Shown: positions 27,631 through 40,895 of the stretch, one piece after another
Position numbering within the stretch: the stretch's first letter is position 1
How the letters are laid out: every line of letters starts with the position of its first letter
Assembly: GCF_963921235.1 (NCBI RefSeq)
Contig: NC_086097.1
Location: forward strand, 227,170,001 to 227,234,000
Direction of reading: 5' to 3'
Source: Mobula hypostoma
Lineage: Eukaryota
Length of the DNA stretch: 64,000 nucleotides
Position numbers and translations under genes: made by a program
Notes under the pieces: generated by a model
The model's database searches: none
The model's input: the letters and a program-made list of their open reading frames with translations, nothing else
What the model was told of the DNA's origin: nothing

Positions 27631-27849
27631 TATATATTTGTGAATTTCCCCTTCAGAAATTTACTAAGGGTTTTTGATAATTTTGAAAGTATAATAAGTT
27701 GATAGGAGGAATTCATGTATTCATGGTCTGGTGTCCCTTGAAAGGAGTTGTATCCAAATATGTTTTTTGCTTTGGTGAAAAGAGGTGTAGACTGTAGATA
27801 TTTTTTTTTTCATTTTTTAGTCTTCCTTTCTTTTCTGTTGCACATTTAG

Positions 27850-30285
27850 AGCAGTGGGATACCAGATAGGATAATGGAATGCTGTTCTTGCAGGATGTGG
27901 GAAGGCAGGGAGATCTCTAGTATCCCTGACGACTACGCCTGCAACAAATACAGCTGGCTGCAGCTTCTAAAAGACCAGGTTAAGGAATTAGAGCTGGGTT
28001 AAGGAATTGGTTAATTCCTTAGGAATTGATTAGGTTAAGGAATTGAACTCTGATTCAATTGGGAGGCTGATGGGTTGATGGACAGTACATATAGGGAAGT
28101 AGTTATACCCGAGGTGCATGACACATTAAACTGGATGACTGTCAGGATGGAGAACAGGGATAGACAGCTGGTGTAGAGTACCCCTGTGGCAGTTCTCCTC
28201 AACAGCAGCTATAACGTTTTGGATACTGTTGGCGGGGTTGGGGGGGAGGCAATCAGCCTGCAGAGGAAAGCCACTGTGATCATATCTCTGGCACTGAGTC
28301 TGGCTCTGTGGCTCAGAAGGGAAGGGGTGGGGGAAAGAAGACTCGAGCTGTAGTGATAGGGGATTTGTTGGCTAGGGGAACAGAAAAGAGGTTCTATGGA
28401 CAAGAATGAGACTTCCAGATGGTATGTTGCCTCCTGGGTGCCAGGGTCAGAAACATCTCAGATTGCATCCACAGCATTCTTAAGTGGCAGGGTGAGCAGC
28501 CAGAAGTTGTGGTCAATGTCGGTACCAATGACAGAGGTTGGATGGTTGAGTTCAGGGAGGTAGGTGCTAAGTTAAAAGACAGGACCTCCAGGGTTATAAT
28601 CTCAGGATTGTCACCCGTATCACATGCTATTGAGGCCAGAAATAGGAAGATCATGTAGTTTAACATATTGCACAGGAGATAGTCATAGAGAAGTACAGCA
28701 CAGAGGCAGGCCCTTTGGCCCATCTAGTCCATGCCAAAACCTTTAAACTGCCTACTCCCATTGACCTGCATCAGGATCATCGCCCTCCATACCCCTACCA
28801 AACCATCTATCTATCCAAACTTCGCTTAAATGTTGAAATTGAACTTGCATGCAGCACTTCTGCTGGCAACTCATTCCACACTCTCACAACCATCTGAGTG
28901 ACAAAGTTTCCCCTCATGTTCCCCTTAAACTTTTCACCTTTCACCCTTAACCCATAACCTCTGATTGTAGTCCCACCCATCCTCAATGGAAAAAGCCTGC
29001 TTGCATTTACCCTATCTATACTCCTCATAATTTTGAATACCTCTATCAATTCTCCTCTCAATCTTCCATATTCGAAGGAATAAAGCTCTAACCTATTCAA
29101 TCTTTCCTTATAACTTAGGTCCTCTAGACCTGGCAACAACTTTGTAATTTTTTTTCTGTACTGTTTCAACCTTATTTATATCTTTCCTGTAGGTAGATGA
29201 CCAAAACTGCACACAAGCCTCACCAATGTCTTATGCAACTTCAGCATAATATGGAATCTCTTTTATTCGATTGATTTATGAAGGCCAATGTGCCAAAAGC
29301 TTTCTTTACAACCTTATCTGCTTGTGACGCAACTTTCAACAGAATTTGGGCCTGTTTTCTCAGATCCCTTTGTTCTGCCACACTCCTCAGTGCTCTACCA
29401 TTCAATGTGTAAAACCTACCCTGGTTGGTCCTACCAATACCTCGCACTTGTCTGCATTAAATTTCATCTGCCATTTTTCAGCCCATTTTGCCAGCTGACA
29501 CAGATACCTCTGCAAGCCACGATAGCCTTCCTTGCTGTCCATTACATCCCCAATCTTGATGTCATCTGTAAATTTGCTGGTCCAGTTAACCACATTATGA
29601 TCCAGATTGTTGATATAGATGACAAACAACAAAGGACCCAGCATTGACCCCCATGGAACATCACTATTCACAGGCCTCCAGTCAGAGAGGCAACATTTTG
29701 TTACAATTAGTACATCATCTTGAATGCTAAGCAATAGTGGAGGAGGGAGGGCTTCAGACTTTTGGATCATTGAGTTCTATTCCAGCAAAAGTGGGACCTG
29801 TACAGAAAGGACAGTTTGCACCTGAACTGCAGGATGACTAATATTCTATTGGGAAGATTTGCTAGTGCTGCATGGGTAGTTGGGGGGGGGGGTGAGGGGG
29901 TGGGTGCGGTGAGTGAGTTTAAACCGGAGCTGCAGCAGTTGGGAATAAGTGCGCCAGAACAGATAGCGGAGTGGTTGTGTGAATGATATACAAAGCAAAG
30001 TCAGGAATCAAAAGATTGAGCAGGATAGGATTAATGTTCTGAGCTGCATATATTTCAATGCAAGGAATATTGTGAGAAAGGTAGATGAGCTTAGGGCATA
30101 GATCAGCATGTATGGAATTATGATATTGTAACCATTAGTGAGATTTGATTACAGGAAGGGCAGACCTGGCAGCTCAGTGTTCTGAAGTGCTATAGAACCA
30201 GAATGGATTTAAAGGGGAGTGGTGGCATTACCAGTCAGCAGTGCTCAGCCAGGACACACTGGAGAACTTGTCTGGTGAGGCTGAT
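27850..30285 (+). mobile_element. CR1 ORF1 (zinc finger plus SGNH esterase) and start of ORF2, interrupted by an antisense CR1 at ~28678-29700
   Basis: VVIGDL..MVCCLLGARVRNISD..EQPEVVVNVGTND esterase motifs; continuation WDLYRKDSLHLN (~29790); the antisense insert carries GSMLGPLLFVIYIN..KFTDDIKIG. Confidence 0.8.
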
Positions 30286-30299
30286 GAACCCTTTCTCAT

Positions 30300-31530
30300 G
30301 ATTTGATTTCATTTTTTATGAACAGAGGAATACCACCCCTCTGCCTTTTTGAACATTAAGCTCCAGCTATAATCTTCTTTTAGGCGTGATTCAGTGATGC
30401 CTATAACATAATACCTTCCAATCTCTAACTGTGCTACAAGTTCATCTACCTTATTCCAGATACTGTGTGCATTCAAATATAACACCTTAAGTCCTGTATT
30501 CACCCTTTTTGATTTTGTCTACTTTATATGTTGCAACTCAGCCTGCTGACTGCAATTTTTACCCTATCATCAGCCTCTCCTTGCTAAGAAGCTCGCTACA
30601 CATTGCCTCTGTTTGTAAACCAACTGCTTCATCTTCAGCACTATCACTCCAGTTCCTGTCCCCCTGTCAAATTAGTCTAAACCCGCCCGAAGAACTCTAG
30701 CCAACCTGCCTGCATGGATATTGGACCCCTCGGGTTCAGGTATAACCCATCCCTTTTGTATAGGTCATACCTTCCCCAGAAGAGATCCCAATGACCCCTG
30801 CGCTCGTTCTTCAGCCACGTATTCACCTACCAAATCTTTCTTTTCTTACCCTTACTGGCGTGTGGCACAGGCAGCAATGCAGAGATTGCTACCCTAGACG
30901 CCCTATTCCTCAGCTTTCTATCTGGCTTCCGAAAATCTCTCTTCTGGACCAAGACTTCTGGCTGCTTATGCTCGCCTTGAGAATGCCATGGACCCAATCT
31001 GAGACATCCCTAATTCTGACACCAGGGAGCAACATACCATCCAGATGTCCATATCACACCCACAGAACCTTTACTCTCTTCGCCTGACTAAGGGATCTCC
31101 TATCAACACTACAGTTCTCTTCACCTCTCTGCTCTTCTGTGCCACAGCAACAGACTCAGTGCCAGAAACTCAGTTACTGTGGCTCCCCGCTGTAGGTTGT
31201 CCCCCTCAATAGTATCTAAAGTTGTACACTTATTATTGAGGGGAACGGCTGCAGGTGTACTCTGCACTGGCTGCGCATTTCGCCTCCTTCTCATGACGGT
31301 CACACAGTTACCTATCTTCTGCAACCTAAGGGTGACTACTTCCCTGTAGCTTCTATTTGTCACCTCCTCATTCTCCTGTATGATTCGAAAGTTATCTAGC
31401 TGCAGCTCCAGTTCCTTAATATGTTCTCTCAGGTGCTGCAACTTGGTGCACCTGGTGTAGATGTGTTTATGTGGGAGACTAGAGACTTCCCACATACCAC
31501 ACAGAGTACAAAACACTTTCCCTGAAGCCA
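30300..31530 (-). mobile_element. CR1 5' portion (ORF1 and endonuclease start)
   Basis: FCTLCGMWEV..CTKLQHL zinc finger/leucine zipper; LKVLYLNAHSIWNKVDEL..VIGITESRL. Confidence 0.8.
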
Positions 31531-31699
31531 CTCTCCCTAATCTTCTATGCCCTAACAGATGAGAAATGAACAAATAAGGACAGAGAGACAGAATCTTTCA
31601 AGACAATGTTCCTCACCCAGACGTGATCTTGCCTAAGCCTGATGAGCCAAAGCCACTCTAAACACTGGCACACTCAAAATGAATGGCTCAAAATTATTG

Positions 31700-31796
31700 C
31701 AACACACATCAAAGTTGCTGGTGAACGCAGCAGGCCAGGCAGCATCTCTAGGAAGAGGTACAATCGACATTTCAGGCCGAGACCCTTGTTGTTTGT
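31700..31796 (-). mobile_element. Short Penelope-derived insertion with 16-bp TSD
   Basis: TGGCTCAAAATTATTG at 31684-31699 and 31797-31812. Confidence 0.85.
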
Positions 31797-32451
31797 TGGC
31801 TCAAAATTATTGGTCCTTTCTAATTAATCCATCTGGTGGACTGCTTGATCCTCAACTCAGAGGAGCTGCGGCAAAATTCTGCCTTGAAATCTCGATTGCC
31901 CTCCCGATTAAAAGGTAACTCTTTTTATGCAGCCCTGACATGAATTGTGCAACTCAGAGAAAACTGGCGCAAAGCTCTGACCTGACTGAAAGGTAGCTCT
32001 TGTTACACACTGCCTCTTGTTGACTGGTCACTGTTCAACTCAGAGAAACTACTGCATTTCAGTTATATCAGTAAAACTTATTTTGGCTGGTTTGGTTGGA
32101 GCACTCAAATTTCTCAGCAAACGGTAAGCCTTTCCACCCAATGCACGCAGCAAAAGGGGCATTTACTTTTCACTGGCTATTTCATTTGCTTCAAAATACT
32201 GCTCAATTCACTCAGTCTAGAACAACTGGTTATATCTTGTGCAATTAAATGTGTCTATCTTTCTGATGTAGGGAATGATTTCTGCTTTTAAAAAAAAAAT
32301 TATGATTATTATCACTCGGCACTCACCATTTATGAAGCTGTGAATTTTACATATAACCTGTAATGAATTACTTAAACAAAGAGTGCTTAATCAAACAATA
32401 TATTACAATATTGCTCAAACATTGCTGAAATATTAAATACACAACAAACAG

Positions 32452-34400
32452 ATTTGGGGGACCTTGGTTTTCCAGAGATATTGAGGCCCTCATTAAGAAA
32501 GAGAAAGAGGTGCCTAGCAAGTATAGACAGGTAGGAATAAATAAGGTACTTGAGGAGTATAGGAACTGCAAGAGAACACTTAAGAAGGAAGTCAGGAGGG
32601 CTAAAAGAAGGCATGAGGTTGCTCTGGCACACAAGGTGAAGGAGAATCCTAAGGGATTCTACAGATATGCTAAGAGCAAAAGGATTGCAAGGGACAAAAT
32701 TGCTCCTCTGTAAAATCGGAATGGTAATCTATGCATGAAGCTGCAAGAGACTGGGGAAAACTTAAATGAGTTATTTTGCATTTGCACTTACTTGGGACAT
32801 GGACACAGAATCTATCGAAGTATGGCAAAGCAGCAGCAAGATCATGGACCCTATACAGATTACAGAGGAGGAGGTGTTTTGCTTTCTTGAGGCAAATTAA
32901 GGTGAACAAATCCTCAAGGCCTGACAAGATGTCCCTCGGACATTGTAGGAGGCTAGTGCAGAAATTGCAGGGGCCCTAGCAGAGATACTTAAAGCATCCT
33001 TAACCATAGGTGAGGTGCTGGAGGTTTGTAGGATAACTAATGTTCCATTGTTTAAGAAAGGCTCTAAGAATAAGCCAGCATATTATAGGCAGATGAGCCT
33101 GACATCACCAGTGGGAACGTTATTGGAAAGACCAGATATATAAGTATTGGATAGACACGGACCGATAGGGATAGCCAAGATGCCTTTGTGCATGGTAGGT
33201 CTTGTCTAACCAATCTTATAGAGTTTTTTGAAGAAGTTACCTGGAAGGTTGGTGATGGCAAGGTAGTGGTTTTGTCTACATGGACTTTTAGCAAGACCTT
33301 TAACAAGGTCCCGCATGGGAGGTTAGTCAAGAAGTTTCAGTCACTTGACATTCAAGATGAGTTAGCAGATTGGGTTTGACGTTGGCTTTGTGGGAGATGC
33401 CAGAGAATGGTAGTAGATGGTTACCTTTGACTGGAGGCCTGTGACTAGTGGTGTGCTGCGGGAATGGTGCTGTGTTTATTATTGTTTGTCATTTATATCA
33501 ATGATCTGGATGATAATGTGGTTAACAGGATCAGCAAATTTGCGTCTGGCACCAAGAATGGGAGTATAGTGGACAGTGAAAGAGACTATTAAAGCCTGCA
33601 TCAGGATCTGGACCAGCTGGGAAAATGGACTGAAAAATGGCAGATGGAACTTAATGCAGACAAATATGAGGTGTTGCACTTTGGGAGGACCTACAAGGGT
33701 AGGTCTTACATGATGAGAGGTGGGGCATTGAGGAATGCAGTAGAACAGAGGGATCTAGGAATACAGATCCATAATTCCTTGAAGGTGGCATCACAGGTAG
33801 ATAGGTTCATAAATATATCTTTTGGCACATTGGTCTTCATAAATCAATGTACTGGGTACATGCATTGAATGTTATGTTGAAATTGTATGTTGTCATTGGA
33901 GAGAGTCCAGAGGAGGTTCACGAGAATGATTTCAGGAATGAAAGGGCTAACATATGAGGAGCTTCTGGCAACTTTGGGTCTGTACTCACTGGAATTCAGA
34001 AGACTATGTAGAGTTCTTCTTGAAACCTACTGGATGTTGAAAGGACAAGATATGGTGGATGTGGAGAGGATGCTTCCTCTGATGTAGGTCTCCAGAACTG
34101 GAGGGCACAGCCTCAAAATTGAGGGATGACCTTTTAGAACAGAAGTAAGGAGGAATATTTTTAGCCAAAGAGTGTGAATTTGTGGAATGCTGTACTGCAG
34201 ACTGTGGTGGATGCCGAGTTCATGGGTACATTTAAAGCAAAAGTTGATAGGTTCCTGATTGATTGGAGCATCAAGGGATATAGTGAGAGGGCAGGTGTAT
34301 GGGGTTCAATGGGATCTGGGATCAGCCATGATGGAATAGCAGAGCAGACTTAATGGGCCGAATAGCCTGATTTTGCTCCTATTGCTCATGGTCTATGGTC
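32452..34400 (+). mobile_element. CR1 LINE ORF2, decayed (possibly a chimera of two subfamilies)
   Basis: KENPKGFYRY, GRSCLTNLIEFFEEVT, LERVQRRFTRMI; CR1 3' UTR. Confidence 0.9.
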
Positions 34401-35406
34401 TAAAAACTGCATGTCAGGTAATTAGTAAAGTTAGAGATAAACTGGTTACCCTAAAATTAATTGTTGACAAATTGTTGGAATTTGTAATGCAAGGTAGGAC
34501 TCCTGAATATCTTCAAAATTCTTGACTAATCAGAGGGAGCATTCCAGAATTTGGAAGAGGTAGGTTCTGTCAGGCAAACCAAAATTACTCGTTTTGAGGA
34601 GGCAACAAATCAGCAGATAGCTATTTTTGTAGGCTTAGAGAAGGCATTTGTTAAAATTTTTCAAAAGTTGATGTTCAAAGAATTGAAGGTGAATTATTGA
34701 ATTGGCTTAGAGATTACTAAAGGACAGGAGTTAGCCGGGGGATGTCTGTCAGACCTTGTAGCTGGCAGGATATAATGAGTGGTGGTTTTGGAATAGATTA
34801 GATTATGAGGACACGCAGGCCTCTTTATTGTTATTTAGGAATGCATGCATTAAGAAATTATGTAGTGTTTCTCCAGAATGATATCACAGAAACAAATGAC
34901 AAACCGACTGAAAAACTGACAAAAACCACATAATTATAACATATAGTCACAACAGTGCAAAGCAATACCATAATTTGATAAAGAACAGACCATGGCATGG
35001 TAAAAAGTTTCAAAGTCTCTCGAAAGTCCCATCATTCTCACACAGATGGTGAACCTCCAGTGCCGCAAACTTGCCGATGCAGCACCCTGGAAGCATCCAA
35101 CCACAGTCCGACTCCGAGTCCGTCCAAAAACTCCGAGCCTCCGACCAGCTCTCTGACACCGAGCACCAAGCACCATCTCTACCAAGCGCTTCGACCCCGA
35201 CCCCAGCAACAGGCAATAGGCAAAGCCGAGGAATTGGGGCCTTCCTCTCCGGAGATTCTCAATCGCTCAGTAGCAACGGCAGTTTCTCCAGGTGTTCCTC
35301 CGTGCTTCTCATGGCTGTCTCCATCAAATCAGGATTGTGCATGGCGTCCAAGTTAACACATATCGATATCATTTGGAATGGCCGCGCATTGGGATAATAG
35401 ATTGGG

Positions 35407-37210
35407 TTTGATCGAGGCATGACTCTGTTAGCGTGTGAACGTCAGCGAGTTAGACCGGCGGGATGGATTTAAAAGGAGAAGAGTTTTTTCTTCAGTGATT
35501 TGATTGAGGCACGACTGCGCAAGTGCGTGCATGTCAGAGAGTTAGACCACCGGGAAGGATTTAAAAGGAGATGAGTTTTTTTTCCAGTTTGAATGAGGCA
35601 CAACTGCGCAAGCACGTGGACGTTAGTGAGTCAGACTGGCGGGAAGGATTTAAAAAGAAGGCAGCTTTATAGGGTCGGTGTCAGAGGAACGGGCGACACA
35701 GTAGAGGGAGTCAGAGTAGGAGGGCTTTGGCTCAATGGGGCTTCAGCAATAACGGGTTGAGCTGAGGTAAGTTACTTGTGAAGAATAGGAATAGGAAACA
35801 TGTTTGTGAGGCCGATGTTCTGTACTGGGTGTCAAACGTGGGATGTCTGGGAGTCTCCCAGCCTCCTGGACAGCCACATCTGCACCCGGTGCATTGAGCT
35901 GCAGCTCCTTAGGGACCTGGTCAGGGAAAGTGAGGAGGTGATAGAGAGAAGCTATAGGCAAGTTGTCAGACCAGGGCCTCGAGAAACAGATAAGTGGGTA
36001 ACAGGAGAGGTAAGGGCAAGAGTGAGATACTACAGAGTACCCCTGTGGCTGTCCCGCTTAACAATAAGTACTCCTGTTTGAGTACTGCTGGGGGGTGGGG
36101 GGGGATGACCTACCTGGGGGAAGCAACGGTGGCCGTGCCTCTGGCACAGAGTCTGGCCCTGTGGCTCAGAAGGGGGGCAGACAGGCGATTCTGTGGATGC
36201 AGGAAAGAAATACGGATGATAGGGATCTGTTCTGGGACGTCTTCTCTTCGTGATTTTTATAAATGACCTGGATGAGGAAGTGGAGGGATAGGTTAGTAAA
36301 TTTGCTGATGACCCAAAAGTTGGGTGTGTTTTGGACAGTGTGGAAGGCTGTCAGAGGTTACAGCGGGACATTGATAGGATGCAAAACTGGGCTGAGAAAT
36401 GGCAGATGAAGTTCAACCCAGATAAGTGTGAGGTGGTTCATTTTGGTAGGTTAAATATGATGGCAGAATATAGTACTAATGGTAAGACTCTTGGCAGTGT
36501 GGAGGATCAGAGGGATCTTGGAGTGTGAGTCCATAGAATACTCAAAGCTGCTACAAAGGTTCACTGTGTGGTTAAGAAGGCATACGGTGTATTGGTCTTC
36601 ATCTACCATGGGACTGAGTTGAAGAGCCGATGGATAATGTTACAGCTATATAGGACCCCACTTGGAGTATTGTGCTCAGTTCGGGTCACCTTACTACAGG
36701 AAGGATGTGGAAATTATAGAAAGGATGCAGAGCAGATATACAAGGATGTTGCCTGGGTTGGCGAGCATACCTTATGAGAATAGTTTGAGTGAACTCGGCC
36801 TTTTCTCCTTGAAGCAACATAGGATGAGAGGTGACCGGACAGAGTTGTATAAGATGATGAGAGGCGTTGATCGTGTGGATAGTCAGAGGCTTTTTCCCAA
36901 GGCTCAAATGGCTAACACGAGAGGACAGTTTTAAGGTGCTTGGAAGTAGGTACAGAAGAGATGTCAGGGTAGGTTTTTTTACGCAGAGTGGTGAGTGCGT
37001 AGAATGGGCTACCAGTGACGGTGATGGAGGCTGGTACAATAGGATCTTTTAAGAGGCTCCTAGGTAGGTACATGGAGCTTAGAAAAATAGAGGACTGTGG
37101 GTAACCTCAGGTAATTTCTAAAGTACGTACATGTTCGGCACAGCTTTGTGGGCTGAAGGGCCTGTATTCTGTATTGTGCTGTAGGTTTTCTATGTTGTAT
37201 ATTCTATGTT
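35407..37210 (+). mobile_element. CR1 LINE with tandem 5' monomers, ORF1 start, large internal deletion and 3' end
   Basis: Three ~90-bp monomers at 35407-35660; MFVRPMFCTGCQTWDV..HICTRCIELQLL; jump at ~36220 to RT KFADDPKVG; (TTCTATG)-like tail. Confidence 0.85.
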
Positions 37211-37239
37211 TTATAAGCCATATACACAAGAGATTCTAC

Positions 37240-38110
37240 CGATTTTGGAAATCAAAACCAACACACACAAAATGCTGGAGATACTCAGCTGGACAGGCAG
37301 CATCTATGGAAATGAACGAACTGTTGATGTTTCAGGCTGAAACCCCTCATCAGGACTGGAAAGGAAAGCGGAATAAGAAGGTGGGGGAGATGGGAAAGGA
37401 GGACAAACTAGAAGTTTATTGAATTGAATTGAGTTTATTTCTTATATCCCTCACATACATGAAGAGTAAAAAAATCTTTATGTTACATCTCCATCTAAAT
37501 TTATCGGTGAAATCAGGTGGGTGGGGGAGAACGATGAAGTAACAAGCTGGAAGGTAATAGATGGAAGAGGCAACGGGCTGGAAAAGAAGGAATCTGAGAG
37601 ATGAGTGGGCCATGAGAAAAAGAAGTAGGAGGGACACCAGGAGGAGGTGATAGGCATGTGAGAAGAGGTAAGAGACCAAATTAGGGAATTGAAGAAGAGG
37701 GAAGGGGGAGGGGAAAACTTATCAGAAATTGGAGAAATCGATGTTCATGCATCAGGTTGGAGGCTACTGGCCAGAATATGGGGTGTTGCTTTTCCAAACT
37801 GAGCATGGCCTCATTGTGGCAGAAGAGGAGGCCTTGAATTGACATGTTGATACAGGAATGGGGAGAGGAATTTAAATTTTTGGCCGTTATGAAATTACGC
37901 TTTTTGTGGATCGAACAGAGGTGCTTAACAAACTGTTTCCCCAATCGGTATCAGGTCTCACCAACATAGGGGAGGCCACATCGGAATCACTGGATACAGT
38001 AGGCAACCCCAACAGATTTGCAGGTTAAGTGTTGCCTCACCTGGAAGGACTGTTTGGATTTCTGAATGGAGGTGAGTGAAGAGGTGAATGAGCAGGTGTT
38101 GCACTTATGT
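37240..38110 (-). mobile_element. Penelope-like element 3' part (GIY-YIG endonuclease plus terminal repeat)
   Basis: QSFQVRQHLTCKSVGVAYCI..CGLPYVGET..RLG..FVKHLCSI; terminal repeat with CTGATGA..GAAAC at ~37320-37358. A separate sense RT fragment lies at ~38400-38650. Confidence 0.85.
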
Positions 38111-39895
38111 TGCTTGCTGTGATAAGCCATATATCTGGGTCTGTTAATGAAACTAATTTCGGTAGCACTGCTGGCAATGTAGAGAAATACAAAACAAATA
38201 AACAGAGCCATAGTAAATGGATTTCAGTGCATGCATATATGAGGCTAGCCATTTTGGACCTAAAATGTATCGGACAATCACTGGAAATTTTAGAAGTCCA
38301 AAAAGACTATTTATAGAGATCATTAAAATGTTATTAATAAGTATAGAAAATAGCCAAAAAGGGTTGCAGTGTAATAGACTTCACATGCTGGAATCTGGAA
38401 CAAGACCTGAGTCATGTTTCAAACCTTGTCCAGCATCACTGCCGTACTCTCCACTGTTAAATTGACAACTGCACTGGGGTGCTGCCTGCAAAACATATCA
38501 ACTTCATCAACTGCTACCAATTTCATCCCTGCCCTCAAATTTACTTGATCCATTTCTGATACCTTTCTCCCCTTTCTTAATCTCTTTCTCTCCATTTCAG
38601 CAGAAAGATGATCCATTAATATTTACTACTGGCTCCTTGACTTCACTACTGGCACCTCCTCTCAGTTGACCATGAGTTTTGTCTCACTGAATGTGTTGTC
38701 ACTATGAACCTATCACTTTGGTGGACAATGTTTACCTGGCTCACTGTAATGCACATGAACTTTACAAAGGATGGGATAAGATCCTTGCCACCCACGCAAG
38801 CTTTGTATTACAAGCCACAAACAATTTTCAGATGGTATTTTGTCTCACTGATTGTGGAAGGACCATGACTCCAGATGGTCGCAACACTAAGTTGTATGCC
38901 AGGTCATGCTTGGCACTGGAGTCCATGTACATGGGTTTTGGAATCTAGTCTCAAATGTGAGCATGAACAACTGCCCACACAGTTTCTGCCACACCATTAC
39001 GTTACTCCTGTCTATTGTATATTTTTGTTTTAATAACTATATAGGTGATCACTCAGCATATTTGAATAGCTGCCTTAACGAGTGAAGAACAGAAAAAGAG
39101 AGTCTTGTTCTTTGGCCATTTATAGGCAAACCTCAAAATGGCAGCCCAAGCATTATCATTTTCCCTCTCACTACTCAATGTTTGGGCAAAATCAATTGTT
39201 TTTCATCCAGAGGACTTCTGCTTAGACAAGTGAACTGAGGAAATAAAGACAGTCCAGTTAAAACTAAGCAAATACACTCAAATGATAAAAATAATATTGG
39301 ACAAATAAATAAAGATAATTTTCAAACAATTTTCATTGTGTAATTGTTTATTTGGTGGAATTTGGAAATAATGGATATCATCAATATTTGAAAACATGGG
39401 TCATGCATCTTGAGTGCATGGTTCTTGCTGTTAGTTATGAGGAGTGTGTATTTGTATACATGATCTTCTTCAGAAAGAGAGCCAATGATTCTGTAATATG
39501 TATGTTTATACTATGGATACTGTTCATCAAATATTTCTGAGAGCATGACCTTGCTGCTGACTTATATCAGACTTAACTTATAGTTGGCAATAGATCAAGA
39601 ATAGTATTGCTCAGACAAAATTACTGCACTAATAGTTGTCTAAATAACAAGATCATCAATCAAAAGCTGGCTTGGGTCTCATAAATAGAAATAGTTTACT
39701 AAAAGCAACAGTTTACATGATCCTACCATTATTGAGACAAGTAAGTTGCTGGATATGACAAATTCACCAGCTTTACTCTAAATTTGAGAGAAAAAATTGG
39801 TCTAATACTGTATTTTTAGATAAAAGTACTTGCTAGAATTCTTGCATTTTGGAAATGCTTATTTTTCCCCACATTGCTTAATTATTTTTTGTTCT

Positions 39896-40413
39896 TGTTG
39901 CGAAGAACGGGTGAACCCAAATGCAGGACACTGACATGGAGGTAGAGTACTCTGAAGAAGGTTTATTGAAGGTTGCAGGGAACACCGGGGAGTGAGGATT
40001 AGGCAGAGGAAAGCCGAGGAGTGAGAAAGGCTTCACCGGGTGTGGTGAGAGCGCGGCATTTAACCACTGAGCCAGCGGAGAGTGTAGGCGGGTGGTGGGA
40101 TGAGGCAGAGCAGGGATGTGAGCATGGCTGGAGGAGAACGGCAGACAGGAGGATGAACGGGAAGACAGGCGGCATGCAATGCTCCTGTTAACCTGGAGAG
40201 ACAGAGTTAACTCTGGCAAACAACAGCCCAGAAACAAAACGTAGAATACACAATTCTAAGCGGCTTAGAACATGGACTGACACACTGGCTGAAGCAACGA
40301 TCTGGCGATGAGTGGATGGAAAGCCGGGGTATTTATGCTGCAGGTTAGATGAGATTCAGGTGCGCTGCAATCAGGAAGCCTGGGAGAACAAAAGGGAAGC
40401 CATGCCCACCTCG

Positions 40414-40457
<44 letters not shown>

Positions 40458-40560
40458 GACAAACAAAGAGAGAAACAGACAGGGGAGCAGGAGAAACAGG
40501 GGGAAAAGGGAATTAGGAGAACATGAGGAATAAATGGGAGGGACAGCCGGGACCGTGACA
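39896..40560 (-). repeat. 3' LTR (contains a (TG)n tract)
   Basis: Direct repeat of 44228-44903; immediately follows the polypurine tract on the minus strand. Confidence 0.95.
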
Positions 40561-40574
40561 ATATTCCCTCTCAA

Positions 40575-40895
40575 TGGGAGCCTCCAGGTGAAGCACCAGG
40601 CTTGCCCGGAATGTTGTGATGGAAGTCTCAGATGAGGGAGGGGTCTAAGATGAAGGAGCGGGGGATCCAGGTGCACTCCTCAGGACCGTATCCCTCCCAA
40701 TCGACAAGGTACTGGAAACCTCTGCCTCGGCGGTGCACATCCAGTATTCACCGGATGGTGTAAACTGGGTGATTGTCGACGACCCGAGCGGGTGGAGGGG
40801 GTTCGGCAGGAGGGCACAAAGGGCTGACAGACTCAGGTTTCAGTTGGGAGACATGGAAGGTGGGATGAATGTGCATGGATCTGGGTAGCTTGAGT
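40575..40895 (-). pseudogene. Integrase C-terminus plus chromodomain remnant
   Basis: [66 protein letters not shown]. Confidence 0.9.
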
